From contig CAVYSY010000021.1 in NCBI GenBank assembly GCA_963771175.1, positions 32,001 to 96,000 of the forward strand: 64,000 nucleotides of DNA. The letters run 5' to 3'. The translations under genes were made by a program, and so were the position numbers. Source of the DNA: an uncultured delta proteobacterium (GTDB lineage: Bacteria > Myxococcota > Myxococcia > Myxococcales > Myxococcaceae). Under the pieces are notes generated by a model. That model was not told the DNA's origin and searched no databases. It was given only the letters and a program-made list of their open reading frames with translations. Of this stretch, positions 20,864 through 30,979 are shown one piece after another. Each line of letters begins with the position of its first letter. Within the stretch, counting starts at the first letter, position 1.

Positions 20864-21337
20864 TTAGAGGACGAGCCCCAGGGCCCGGGCGTCGTGGATG
20901 ATTTTCAGCCCGTCCACCTTCAGCCGGTGGGTGAGGAAGGGGGCGATGGTGTCCCCGTGCTTGTGCAGGCGCGCGTAGTTGTTGTCGTAGATGCGCGTCA
21001 CGATGAGCTGGGCGGAGGCGATGATGCGCTGCAGGTTGTGCTGCAGCTCGTTGCCCTCCATGACCAGGTGGAGCTCGCAGATGTACTTGCGGTGGTCCTC
21101 CAGCATCTTGAAGAGGGCCTTGCGCTGCTCGCCGTTGGGCACCCGCGCCTTGGGGGCGGTGGTGACGACGCAGACGAGCTGCTGCCGGTAGGCCTCGTAG
21201 GAGTCCCGGAAGCGCATGGTGACCGTCTGGAGCTCCAGGGCGTTGGGCGGCTGCTCCCAGCGGATGAAGAAGACCTTGTTGATGAGACCCGTCTTGAAGT
21301 TCGGGGCGGACGCGAGATTCGGGGCGGTAGCGAACAT
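20864..21337 (-). CDS. Hypothetical protein (possibly STAS/SEC14-like fold)
   Basis: GGAG RBS, strong host codon bias, globular 157-aa sequence. Fold guess is from sequence pattern only. Confidence 0.7.
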   Translation of the reverse strand: MFATAPNLASAPNFKTGLINKVFFIRWEQPPNALELQTVTMRFRDSYEAYRQQLVCVVTTAPKARVPNGEQRKALFKMLEDHRKYICELHLVMEGNELQHNLQRIIASAQLIVTRIYDNNYARLHKHGDTIAPFLTHRLKVDGLKIIHDARALGLVL

Positions 21338-21577
21338 GGGGACCGTCACTCCCAAAGCGGGCCGAGGGGTGGGGGCTCGGACAAGGATGGTGCCTGAAAT
21401 CTGGTGACGGGGTTCGGCCCGCCCAAGTCCCACCGCGAGTCGTCTGCACGGGAGCGTACAAATGCGTGGCCAGAGCGTCGGGGATTGCACGCATGGGCGG
21501 GCTCCAGGGGCCACGGCAGCCGACATCCCGGCCTGGAGTGGGCTCCCCGATGACGGGGGAACGGTTAGTGTGGGCGG

Positions 21578-22321
21578 ATGCGACTCGCCGAGCTGCGGGA
21601 GCGCGTCCCCAAGGTGATGATGGGGGCGGACGGCATCGGCCTGCTGGCCACGCTGCTGACCCTGCTGACGGTGGGGCTGGGCTTCATCGCGCTGTCGGAC
21701 GAGGTGCGGGAGAAGGACACCCAGCACCTCGACGAGCGCGTGCTGCTGTCGCTGCGTCGAGCGGGCAACCCGGAGGTGCCGATCGGCCCCCATTGGCTGG
21801 CCGAGGTCGCCCGGGACGTGACGGCGCTGGGCAGTGTGTCGGTGCTGACACTGGTGGTGTGCGCGGTGAGCGGCTTCCTCGTGCTGGTGCGGCGCTGGCG
21901 GACGCTGGCCCTGGTGGTGGGCTCCACGTTGGGCGGGGCGCTGGTGAACGCGCTGCTCAAGAGCCTGTTCGCCCGGCCGAGGCCCACGGTGGTGCCGCAC
22001 CTCACCGGAGTGCTGATGGAGAGCTTCCCCAGCGGGCACGCGATGCTGTCGGCCATCGTCTACCTGACGCTGGGCGCGCTGCTGGCGCAGCTCACCGAGC
22101 GGCGGTGGCTCAAGGCGTACCTGGTGGGCGTGGCGCTGCTGCTCACGCTGTTCATCGGGCTGACGCGCGTGTACCTCGGTGTGCACTACCCGACGGACGT
22201 GCTGGGCGGGTGGATGGCGGGGCTGGCATGGGCGCTGCTGACGGCGCTGGTGGCGCGCGCGGCCAAGCGGCGCAGCCCCGCACTGCGCGAGGAATCGCGG
22301 GGAGAGACGGCTCCGTCATGA
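21578..22321 (+). CDS. PAP2-family membrane phosphatase
   Basis: LKSLFARPRP, SFPSGHA, TRVYLGVHYPTDVLGG. Confidence 0.92.
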   Translation: MRLAELRERVPKVMMGADGIGLLATLLTLLTVGLGFIALSDEVREKDTQHLDERVLLSLRRAGNPEVPIGPHWLAEVARDVTALGSVSVLTLVVCAVSGFLVLVRRWRTLALVVGSTLGGALVNALLKSLFARPRPTVVPHLTGVLMESFPSGHAMLSAIVYLTLGALLAQLTERRWLKAYLVGVALLLTLFIGLTRVYLGVHYPTDVLGGWMAGLAWALLTALVARAAKRRSPALREESRGETAPS

Positions 22322-24095
22322 GCGCGTGGGTGGATTCCAGGGGGCTGGTGGGCCGGTGGCGCGACTGGTGGGCGCACCTGCGTCCCGCGCTGCCCGTCTT
22401 CTACGACGAGGCGTATCGCCCGCCGCTCACGGCGCTCGAGTCCTCCGTGAGCGTGGAGCCGCGGGGCATGGACTTCACCGCCTGGTACCTGCTGGAGACA
22501 GGCGTCCTCCGCCCCGAGCACTTCCACCGTCCGCGGCCCGTCTCCTACGCGGAGCTCTCGCGGGTGCATGGCGCCGCGTACCTGGAGTCGCTCGGGCGGC
22601 CGGAGACGCTGGCGCGCATCTTCGGGGTGGACCCGTCGGACGTGCCGGTGGATGCGCTCCTCCACACGCAGCGGCTCATCTGCGGCGGCACTCTGGGCGC
22701 GGCGCGGCTGGCCCTGGCGCGGCGAGGCCCCGCGGCGCAACCTCGGGGGAGGCCTGCACCACGCCATGCCCGACAAGGGTGGGGGCTTCTGCGTCTTCAA
22801 TGACATCGCCGTGGCCGTGGCGGCCCTGCGCGCCGAGGGCTTCTCGGGATGGGTGGGGGTGGTGGACCTGGACGCCCACCCACCGGATGGCACCGCCGCG
22901 TGTCTGGCGGGAGATGCGCGCGCCTGGGTGGGCTCCCTGTCCGGCAGTGACTGGGGGCTCGTGCCGGGTGTGGACGAGGTGCTGCTGCCACCGGGCTGCG
23001 ATGACGCCACCTACCTGCGCCTGCTGCACGGGTTGCTCGCCCGCATGCCGAGGGTGGACCTGGCCTTCGTCCTCGCGGGCGGGGACGTGCTGAAGGGGGA
23101 CAAGCTCGGCCGCGTGGGCCTCACGCTGGACGGAGCGCGGCGCCGGGATGGGAGCGGTGGCCTCGGCCCTCCGGGGCACCGCCAGCGTGTGGCTGCCCGG
23201 CGGTGGCTACCACTCCGAGTCCTGGAAGGTGTTCGCCGGCTCGGTGCTGGTGCTCACTGGCCGGGAGCGGCGGCGCATCACCGCGCGGTTCGATCCGCTC
23301 AGCGCGCGCTATGCCCATGTCGCCCGGCGGCTCGTGCGGGAGGAGGCGGCCCACGCGGAGGAGCTGTTCACCCTCACCCAGGAGGACCTCGAGGGCTCCC
23401 TGGGCCGGCAGTCGTCCCTTCGCGCGCCGCGCCTGCTGGGGCACTACACCGCGCAGTCCCTCGAGTACAGGCTCCACCGCTACGGGCTGCTGCCGTACCT
23501 GGAGCGGCTCGGCTATGGCGACCTGACCGTGGAGCTGGGGTCCACGGGGACGGGAGACCGGATGAAGCTGCTGGGACAAGCGGACGGCCAGCGGCACCTG
23601 CTGGTGGACCTCGTCGTCGAGCGCCAGCACATGGGAGGAGAGGACTTCCTCTTCGTGAACTGGCTCACCCTGCGCCACCCGCGCGCGCGCTTCAGCGAGC
23701 TGCGCCCGCGACTGCCGGGACAGGAGGTGCCGGGCCTGGGGCTGGCGCGCGAGATGGCCGAGCTGCTGGACAGGGCGGCCGAGCACCTGGGGTTGGCCGG
23801 AGTGGCCTTCCGCCCCATGTGGTACCACCTGGCCGTGGTGGCCAGCTCCCGCTACCGCTTCCTGGACCCGGAGAGACAGGGGCGCTTCGAGGCGCTGCGG
23901 GCGGCGCTGGCGCACCTGACCCTGCTGGAGGCCACGCGCGCGGTGGCCGAGGGACACGTGTGGCTCGACGGAGCGCCCTACGCGTGGGAGCCGGACCTCA
24001 TGGTCTCCCGGGTGACTCCCGGCCCCGAGGACGCGGCCCGGGTGGCCGCCGAGCGCGAGCGCCACCGCTTCACCGTGGCACCCGCCGCGAGCTGA
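22318..24095 (+). CDS. Histone-deacetylase-family protein with C-terminal extension (frameshifts at about 22735 and 23148)
   Basis: ELSRVH..YL, NLGGGLHHA..GGGFCVFNDIAVA, DLDAHPPDGT, AGGDVL.GDKLG, GGGY. ATGA overlap with the PAP2 gene. Confidence 0.88.
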
Positions 24096-24113
24096 GCCCG
24101 CGGGTCGGGTGAC

Positions 24114-25379
24114 TCACGACGCGGAGAAGAGGGGCCCGTGGGGGAGGGAAGGGAGCCGCATGCAGAAGGCCACGCCCTTGGGGTGGTTGTCCTCCACCCA
24201 GAGCCACCCGCCATGGGCCTGCACGGCGCGGCGGCAGAAGGCGAGCGCCAGCCGGTTGCCGCCCTCGGCGCGGCCGGTGGTGGGGGCGTGCTCGGGCAGG
24301 TGGGCGTCGAAGAGGTGCGCGCGCGCGGCGGGGGGGATGGCGGGGCCCTCGTCGCGCACCCGCAGCTCCAGCAGCCCCGGCTCGGGGTTGGAGGCCTCGA
24401 GCGTCACGCGGCTGCTGCCCAGCGCGGTGTACTGGAAGGAGTTGTCGAGCAGGTTGATGAGGGTGCGGCGCAGCAGCTCGCGGTCTCCGGTGAGGAGCGG
24501 CTCCACCAGCTTCATGTTCTGGGTGAAGCGGCGCGGGGAGCCCACCAGCCGCTGCTGGAAGTCGCGCACCACCTCGGAGAGCAGCAGCGAGACGTCGAAC
24601 TGCGCCGGCTTGAAGGAGAACGAGGCCTCGTCGCTGTTCGCGTCCAGCAGGTTGTGGACCGTGCGCTGGAGGCCGTCCGCCGCGTCGCGGATGTCACGGG
24701 TGGCACGCAGCACCTCGTCCGGCAGGTGCGGGCCGTACAGCGTGAAGGCGGCGTTGGTGAGGATGCTGGACAGGGGCGCCTTGAAGTCGCGCATCACCCG
24801 CTGCATCAGGTGGTCCTTCTGGCGCTGCACGCTGGCCAGCGTGTCGCGCTGCGAGCGCAGCTCCGCCTCGCGCCGCTCCAGCTCGCGCACCCGCAGCCGC
24901 AGCAGGAGCTGGGCCTCCACCTGCTTTCCGAGCACGACCAGCGCCTCCTGCTGCTGTGGCGTGAGGTGGCGCGGTTGGTGGTCGATGACGCACAGGGTGC
25001 CCATGTTGAGCCCGCTCGCGCCCTTGATGGGGATGCCGGCGTAGAAGCGCACGTGCGGCCCGCCGGTGACGAGCGGGTTGTCATGGAAGCGCTCGTCGTC
25101 GTGGGAGTCCTCCACCACGAAGAGCTCCTCGCCGAGGATGGCATGAGCGCAGAAGGCGAAGTCGCGCGGTGTCTCCGGCGCCTCCAACCCGATGCGGGAC
25201 TTGAACCACTGCCGGTAGTGGTCCACCAGGGAGACCAGGGCGATGGGCGTCCCACACAGCTGAGAGGCCAGGCGCGTCAGGTCGTCGAAGCCGGCCTCTG
25301 GCGTCGTATCGAGAATCTCGAGGGTGTCGAGCGCCTCGAGGCGGGCGTCCTCCTGCGGATGGAGCGGTGCGGCCTTCAT
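24114..25379 (-). CDS. GAF-domain sensor histidine kinase-like protein (degenerate H and G boxes)
   Basis: GAF: EDARLEAL..ILDT..FDDLTRLA..AFCAHAI..VRFYAG. H-box reads VMRDFKAPL; G2 box reads GGNRLALAFC. Confidence 0.88.
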   Translation of the reverse strand: MKAAPLHPQEDARLEALDTLEILDTTPEAGFDDLTRLASQLCGTPIALVSLVDHYRQWFKSRIGLEAPETPRDFAFCAHAILGEELFVVEDSHDDERFHDNPLVTGGPHVRFYAGIPIKGASGLNMGTLCVIDHQPRHLTPQQQEALVVLGKQVEAQLLLRLRVRELERREAELRSQRDTLASVQRQKDHLMQRVMRDFKAPLSSILTNAAFTLYGPHLPDEVLRATRDIRDAADGLQRTVHNLLDANSDEASFSFKPAQFDVSLLLSEVVRDFQQRLVGSPRRFTQNMKLVEPLLTGDRELLRRTLINLLDNSFQYTALGSSRVTLEASNPEPGLLELRVRDEGPAIPPAARAHLFDAHLPEHAPTTGRAEGGNRLALAFCRRAVQAHGGWLWVEDNHPKGVAFCMRLPSLPHGPLFSAS

Positions 25380-25510
25380 TCGATGTTCTCCGGGCGGAAG
25401 CCTCCTACCAACGGCGTCCCGCCACGCAACACTCTACCTGGGGGCTTCGTGTCGGGGGGCTCGCCTGGAGGGCTGGAGAGCATCCGGCGGCGCGGGGCCT
25501 GGTGGGGACC

Positions 25511-26133
25511 TCAGGATTGCGGCTCGGGGTCCTTCGCGCCCTGCTCTTGTTCCAGCGTCTTGCGCCACTCCTCGAACCGCTCGAAGAGGGAGAAGGGGTG
25601 GAAGGCGAGGTGGTCGATGTTGCGATGGTACGCCGCGAGATAGGGCTCGCCCCCGAGTTGGATGACGGCCTGTGAGGGCCGCTCGGGCAGGCTGTAGAAC
25701 CAGGCCCGGGCCTGCTCCCGGGTGTCGAAGCTGGCGACCGGCGGTGGAGGACGGCCGTCCTTCATCATCTCCTCAAAGTGGTACTCGATGGAGTGGGTGG
25801 AGACTAGCTTGCGGAGGTTGATGTCTCGCCAATAGTAGACGGAGTGGTATTCGTCCGCGATCAGCACCGCGGCCGTACGGGGTGGTTTGGGATGGTTCTT
25901 CAGCCACGCCTCCGCCTCTTCGCGCGTTGCGAAAGAGGCGAGACCATCTCGGGTCCTTCGGTCCTGAGCTCCTGGCGGTAGTCCTCGAAGTCATACTGCT
26001 GGCCCGTCGTACTGATGAATTGGAGCGCGTCGGCTGCGGTGAGAAGCAACTCCTTCTCCTCGGCGGACTCGGTCTTCTCAAGAATCAGGCCGAGGAGATT
26101 GATGGCTTCGAAGATGGGGCTTTGGGGTTTCAT
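25511..26133 (-). CDS. Hypothetical protein with an internally duplicated motif (frameshift at about 25940); immunity-like
   Basis: Joined frames give two copies of ASF.TRE(E/Q)A.AW....P.(P/R)P..A.(V/I)....(E).Y. Confidence 0.7.
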
Positions 26134-26169
26134 GTTATGCCTCGGTGATGAGGAACCGAGCAGGGCTCA

Positions 26170-26774
26170 TCAGGATGCCAGGAGCACCGCGGGGGCGAGG
26201 ACCACGAGCCCCGCTCCAGCGGAAACCGTGACGAAGGCCACTCCGGCGATGACGACAATGCTGCCCACCAGAATGCCCTGGTGATGGCGCTTCAACCAGT
26301 CGACGGCTTCGTCCACGGCCGAGAACTCCTGGCGCTGACGGCGCTCCAACTCCCGGCAATCATCGTAGGCCTGTTGGCATTGCTCGCGGCACCACGTTTC
26401 CTTTCCGCCCATTCCCCTTCCCCCGGACGTGATGTGTCCGAACCCCCGAGGAAGGGGGCGGCTCATGCACATCTTGATGCACTGACGGTTCTCCGCATCA
26501 CAGTCGCGCTGGTAGCTCATCGATGACGAGCACGATGCGTCCATACGTCGACCCACGGGCGCTCGACGGGCAGCCTGTATCCTGAGAGGTCGAACTCCTC
26601 GGCGCGCCGCCAGTCGTGGGTGACCTGCCCGCCGGGCGACTCCTCGAGGACGAGCACGTAGCGGTTGAGCTCTTCGACGGCCGGGGTCGCGGTGTAGCGG
26701 GTGGCACTACACGAGACGAGCAGCATGCAGAGGGTCGGGGCCAGGAGCCACGTTGGCGCCATGCGGTTCTTCAT
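26170..26774 (-). CDS. Cys-rich lipoprotein with C-terminal hydrophobic hairpin (frameshifts at about 26520-26555)
   Basis: Lipobox MLLVSC; C-x6-C-x3-C..C-x3-C-x6-C; C-terminal ILVGSIVVIAGVAFVTVSAGAGLVVLAPAVLLA. Confidence 0.72.
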
Positions 26775-26818
26775 GAGGAGCGCGCGTGTACCACGGGGGT
26801 CCGTGATAGTCAGGGGCC

Positions 26819-27498
26819 GTGGACGACCTCGACGCCCGCCGCCGCGAGCAGCACAAGCTGCGCCTCTCCTGGATGCCGTGGCTCTACTTCTCCCTCAAGC
26901 CGCGCCACCGGGAGTGGGCCCACGCCTGGCAGAAGGAAGTGCAGGACCAGCTTGCGCGAACTGGAGACGGTGGAGATCGTCGAGGGCTGCTTCGTCGCTC
27001 CGGAAGCGCGGCTCTTCGCCGAGCCGGGCCGCACCATCCGCATCATCGGCCCCGGGGTGAGCATCGCCGCACATGCCTTCGTCCACGGGCCGGTGGTGCT
27101 GGAGGCGCGACGTGAGCCTCAACGCGCGCGTCAGCCTGGATGGCGGAGCGGGAGGCATCCACATCGGTGAGGGCAGCCGCATCGCCACCGGCGCCGCCCT
27201 CTACGCCTTCGACCATGGCCTCGCCCCGGACCGGCCCGTGCGCTCCCAGCCCGTCACCTCGAGCGGCATCGTGCTCGGCAAGGACGTGTGGGTGGGGGCC
27301 AACGCCGGCATCACCGATGGGGTGCGCATCGGAGACCATGCCGTGGTGGGCATGGGCGCCGTCGTCACCCGGGACGTGCCCGCCTGGGCCATCGTCGCCG
27401 GGGTGCCCGCACGCGTCATCGGTGACCGCCGCGACCGCCGCCACTCCGGTGCGGCCGGCTCCGGTTGGTCACCACCGGACGATTCCCAGGAGGAATGA
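26819..27498 (+). CDS. Hexapeptide-repeat (left-handed beta-helix) acyltransferase (two frameshifts)
   Basis: IVLGKDVWVGANAGITDGVRIGDHAVVGMGAVVTRDVPAWAIVAGVPARVIG. Confidence 0.88.
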
Positions 27499-27613
27499 GC
27501 CGACATTCCCTGGCTTTTCTGTCGACTCCTGAGAAACCAGTACCTGAGAGCGGTACCTGAATTGACTCGGAATTCATTTCGGGACCGTATGCTCTCCCCT
27601 GGGGACAAGGAGC

Positions 27614-28807
27614 GTGGACATGGCGTACCAGCCGCTGTCGCAGGTCGTCGCCCTCGATGCCGAGCGTCCCGAGTCGGACTCGCTCTCACGGCTGTCCATG
27701 CTGGCGCTCGCCTCGGGTCTCCGCTCGGGACTGTCGGCGGACGCGCTGCGCTATCACTTCCTGGCGGAGCGGCTCTCCGAGGTGGTCTTCCACCTCGACG
27801 GCTCGGGGCGCCTCTCCTTCCTCGGGCCCGCCTGGACGTCCCTCGCCGGCCAGTCCGTGGAGGAGGTGCTCGGCAAGCCGCTGGTGGAGGTGATGCACCC
27901 GGAGGATCGGCCGCGCGTGCAGGCCGTGCTGGATGCGATCGCCGCGCGCGTGCAGGCCTCCTTCCGGCTCGAGCTGAGGCTGATGGCCGCCAGTGGTCCG
28001 CTCTGGGTGGAGCTGGCCGCGCACAGCTCGCCCACGGGTCAGGGCGAGGTGCTGGGCACGCTGGCGGACCTCACCGAGCGCCGGCAGATGCAGGCGCGCC
28101 TGCAGCTCTCCGACAGGCTGGCCACCCTGGGGATGCTCGTGCCGGGCTTCGCGCACGACATGAACAACCCGCTGGCCTACATGCTGGCCAACCTGGACTA
28201 CCTGCTCTCGAGCATGGCGGGGGTGGCGGGCAGCACCTCGCCGGACCGGGTGGCCGAGTGGCGCGAGGCGATCGGCGAGGTGCGCGAGGGCGCCGAGCGG
28301 TTGCGGCAGATCATCGGGCACCTGCGCAGCTTCCGGTCGGATTCGAACCAGGGGCCGGTGGACCTGAACCTGGTGCTCGATGGGGTGGGGCAGATGGTGG
28401 CCAGCACCCTGCGCTCGCGCGGGCGCCTGGTGCGCGACTATGGCGCCCGGATGCTGGTGACGGGCAGCGAGGGAGGGTTGCGCCAGGCCTTCCTCAACCT
28501 CGTCCTCCACGCGGTGCTGGCGCTGCCCGAGGGCGACACGGAGGAGAACGAGGTGCGCCTGGTCACTCGGGAGGATGGCGAGGGCCACGTGGTGGTGGAG
28601 GTGCATGACACCGGCGCGGCCATCCCCCCCGACGTCCTGCCCCGCCTGTTCGAGCCCTTCTTCTCGCTCCGGGGCACGGAGGCGGGGCCGGGTCCGGTGC
28701 TCTCCGTGTGCCGGGACATCCTCCGCGGGCTCGGTGGGAGCATCACCGTGACGTCCTCACACGGCCGGGGGACCGTCTTCCGGGTGACGCTGCCCATGGC
28801 CTCCTGA
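27614..28807 (+). CDS. PAS-domain histidine kinase-like protein (intact H box, degenerate ATP-binding boxes)
   Basis: PAS: VFHLDGSGRLSF..EEVLGK..MHPEDR. H-box FAHDMNNPL; N-box NLVLHA; G1 DTGAAIP; G2 GPGPVLSVC. Confidence 0.88.
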   Translation: MDMAYQPLSQVVALDAERPESDSLSRLSMLALASGLRSGLSADALRYHFLAERLSEVVFHLDGSGRLSFLGPAWTSLAGQSVEEVLGKPLVEVMHPEDRPRVQAVLDAIAARVQASFRLELRLMAASGPLWVELAAHSSPTGQGEVLGTLADLTERRQMQARLQLSDRLATLGMLVPGFAHDMNNPLAYMLANLDYLLSSMAGVAGSTSPDRVAEWREAIGEVREGAERLRQIIGHLRSFRSDSNQGPVDLNLVLDGVGQMVASTLRSRGRLVRDYGARMLVTGSEGGLRQAFLNLVLHAVLALPEGDTEENEVRLVTREDGEGHVVVEVHDTGAAIPPDVLPRLFEPFFSLRGTEAGPGPVLSVCRDILRGLGGSITVTSSHGRGTVFRVTLPMAS

Positions 28808-28887
28808 GCGGGGCCGCCGGGCCTGCACCGCTGCTCGCTCATTCCTACCCTTCAAGAGCGGCGGCTCCCGCCGTGCTGGAGGTGTGT

Positions 28888-30966
28888 GTGCGTTCGTGGG
28901 TCATCCGCCTGGGTGCGCTCGTGTTGGCACTGGTGCTCGCCGCCTGTGGTCAGCGGGGCTCCAAGGCGGGACAGGAGGAAGGGCTTCCCCTGGGGCAGGG
29001 CGGACAGGGGCTCGGTGGCACCTGTGCCGGGCAGCAGTCGTTCCTCGTCGGCAGCGGCATCTACGACATCACCGGCCCCGCCGCCGAGCTGGGGATGCTG
29101 GGCTACGTGGAGCTGGAGCAGCAGACGGCGGGCATCCACCAGCGCCTGCGCTCACGGGCCTTCGTCATCGCCTCGCCGTGCAATGGCAAGCGCGTGGTGT
29201 TGGTGACGGCGGACCTGGGCATGCTGTTCCAGGGGGTGAAGCAGCAGGTGATGGAGCGGCTGCGCGCCGCCTACGGGCAGCTCTACTCCGAGGACAACGT
29301 GCTGCTGAGCGCCACCCATACCCACAGCGGGCCGGGGGGCTTCTCGCACTACGCCCTCTACAACCTGAGCACGTTTGGTTTCGAGCCGAGGAACTTCGAG
29401 CTCATCGTGGAGGGCATCTACCAGTCCATCGTCCGGGCCCACGAGCACCTGGGGCCGGGCCGCGTCTTCCTGGCGGCGGGGGACCTGCTCGACGCGAGCC
29501 GCAACCGCTCGACGGAGGCCTACCTCCTCAATCCGCCGGAGGAGCGCGCGCGCTACGCGCATGACACGGACAAGCGGATGACGCTGCTGCGACTCACGAA
29601 GGACTCGGGGACGGAGGTGGGGCTCATCAACTGGTTCTCCGTCCACGCCACCTCGATGGGAATGGAGTACCAGCACATCAGCGGCGACAACAAAGGCTAC
29701 GCCGCCTACCTCTTCGAGAAGGCGAGGGGCACGCGCTACGACGCCACCGGGGACACCTTCGTGGCCGCCTTCGCGCAGGGCAACGAGGGCGACGTGACGC
29801 CCAACATCCATGGGGGCGAGGACGGCGGCGGGGAGGACGACTTCGAGAGCACCGAGCTGTCGGGCCGCAAGCAGTACGAGCGGGCCGTCTCGCTCTACGC
29901 GAGCGCCACCACGCGCCTCACCGGAGGGGTGGACTACCGGCACGTGTACGTGAAGATGGACGACGTGGCGGTGTCTCCCTCCTTCACGGAGGGCACCGCG
30001 CGGCACACGTGCCCGGCGGCCATCGGCATCTCCATGCTGGCGGGCGCCGAGGACGGGCCGGGCGTGGGGGGCGAGGGGGCCACGTGCGCCGTCAGGCACA
30101 ACGTGTGGAGCGCCTTCACCTGCACCACCACCACCACGCCCTGTCAGGCGGAGAAGCCCATCGTGCTGGAGATGGGCTCGATGAAGCCCTACCCGTGGAG
30201 CCCCGAGGTGCTGCCGATGCAGCTCATCACGGTGGGCACCCTTGCGCTGGTGGCGGTGCCCTTCGAGCTGACGACCATGGCGGGCCGCCGCCTTCGTGAG
30301 ACGGTGCGCGCCCGGCTGGCACCCGCGGGGGTGACGGAGGTCGTCATCGCGGGCCTGTCCAACGCCTACGCCGGCTACGTCGCCACGCGCGAGGAGTACG
30401 CCAAGCAGGAGTACGAGGGGGCCTCCACCCACTTCGGGCCGTGGACGCTGGCGGCGATACAGCAGGAGTTCGACGCCCTGGCCCGGGCCCTGCGTGAGGG
30501 CACCTCGGTGCCGCCGGGGCCGACGCCGAGGGACTTGAGCCGCCAGCAGAAGCACCTGCGGCCCGGGGTCCTCTTCGACGACAAGCCGCTGTGGGTGGAC
30601 TTCGGCGACGTCCTCACCGACGCGCACGAGTCCTATGCGCGCGGCGACACGGTGCGCGTCACCTTCTGGGCGGGGCACCCGAAGAACGACCCGCACACCC
30701 AGGGCACCTACCTGCGCGTGCAGCGCCGCGAGGGGCTCCTGTGGAAGGACGTGGCGTACGACTGGGACTGGGAGACGAAGTACACGTGGCGGCGCGGCTA
30801 CTGCCTGCCCACCCTCGCGTGCTCGCACGCCCTCCTCGAATGGGACATCCCCCCGGACGCGGAGCCGGGCCTCTACCGCATCGTCCACGAGGGGGACTGG
30901 AAGTCCGGCTGGGACGGCAAGGTGCGCTCCTACCGGGGCACCTCGCGCTCCTTCTCCGTGCGATGA
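28888..30966 (+). CDS. Neutral/alkaline ceramidase, lipoprotein
   Basis: GGAGG RBS and GTG; lipobox VLAAC; YDITGPAAE.GM.GY, SATHTHSGPGG, WFSVHATSM, ISGDNKG, GDVTPN, E.TTMAGRR, YEGASTHFGP. Confidence 0.93.
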   Translation: MRSWVIRLGALVLALVLAACGQRGSKAGQEEGLPLGQGGQGLGGTCAGQQSFLVGSGIYDITGPAAELGMLGYVELEQQTAGIHQRLRSRAFVIASPCNGKRVVLVTADLGMLFQGVKQQVMERLRAAYGQLYSEDNVLLSATHTHSGPGGFSHYALYNLSTFGFEPRNFELIVEGIYQSIVRAHEHLGPGRVFLAAGDLLDASRNRSTEAYLLNPPEERARYAHDTDKRMTLLRLTKDSGTEVGLINWFSVHATSMGMEYQHISGDNKGYAAYLFEKARGTRYDATGDTFVAAFAQGNEGDVTPNIHGGEDGGGEDDFESTELSGRKQYERAVSLYASATTRLTGGVDYRHVYVKMDDVAVSPSFTEGTARHTCPAAIGISMLAGAEDGPGVGGEGATCAVRHNVWSAFTCTTTTTPCQAEKPIVLEMGSMKPYPWSPEVLPMQLITVGTLALVAVPFELTTMAGRRLRETVRARLAPAGVTEVVIAGLSNAYAGYVATREEYAKQEYEGASTHFGPWTLAAIQQEFDALARALREGTSVPPGPTPRDLSRQQKHLRPGVLFDDKPLWVDFGDVLTDAHESYARGDTVRVTFWAGHPKNDPHTQGTYLRVQRREGLLWKDVAYDWDWETKYTWRRGYCLPTLACSHALLEWDIPPDAEPGLYRIVHEGDWKSGWDGKVRSYRGTSRSFSVR

Positions 30967-30979
30967 GCCGGCACGGCGC

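Noticed and set aside
25511..26774. Prophage remnant
   Set aside because: No integrase, terminase, capsid or tail motifs nearby.
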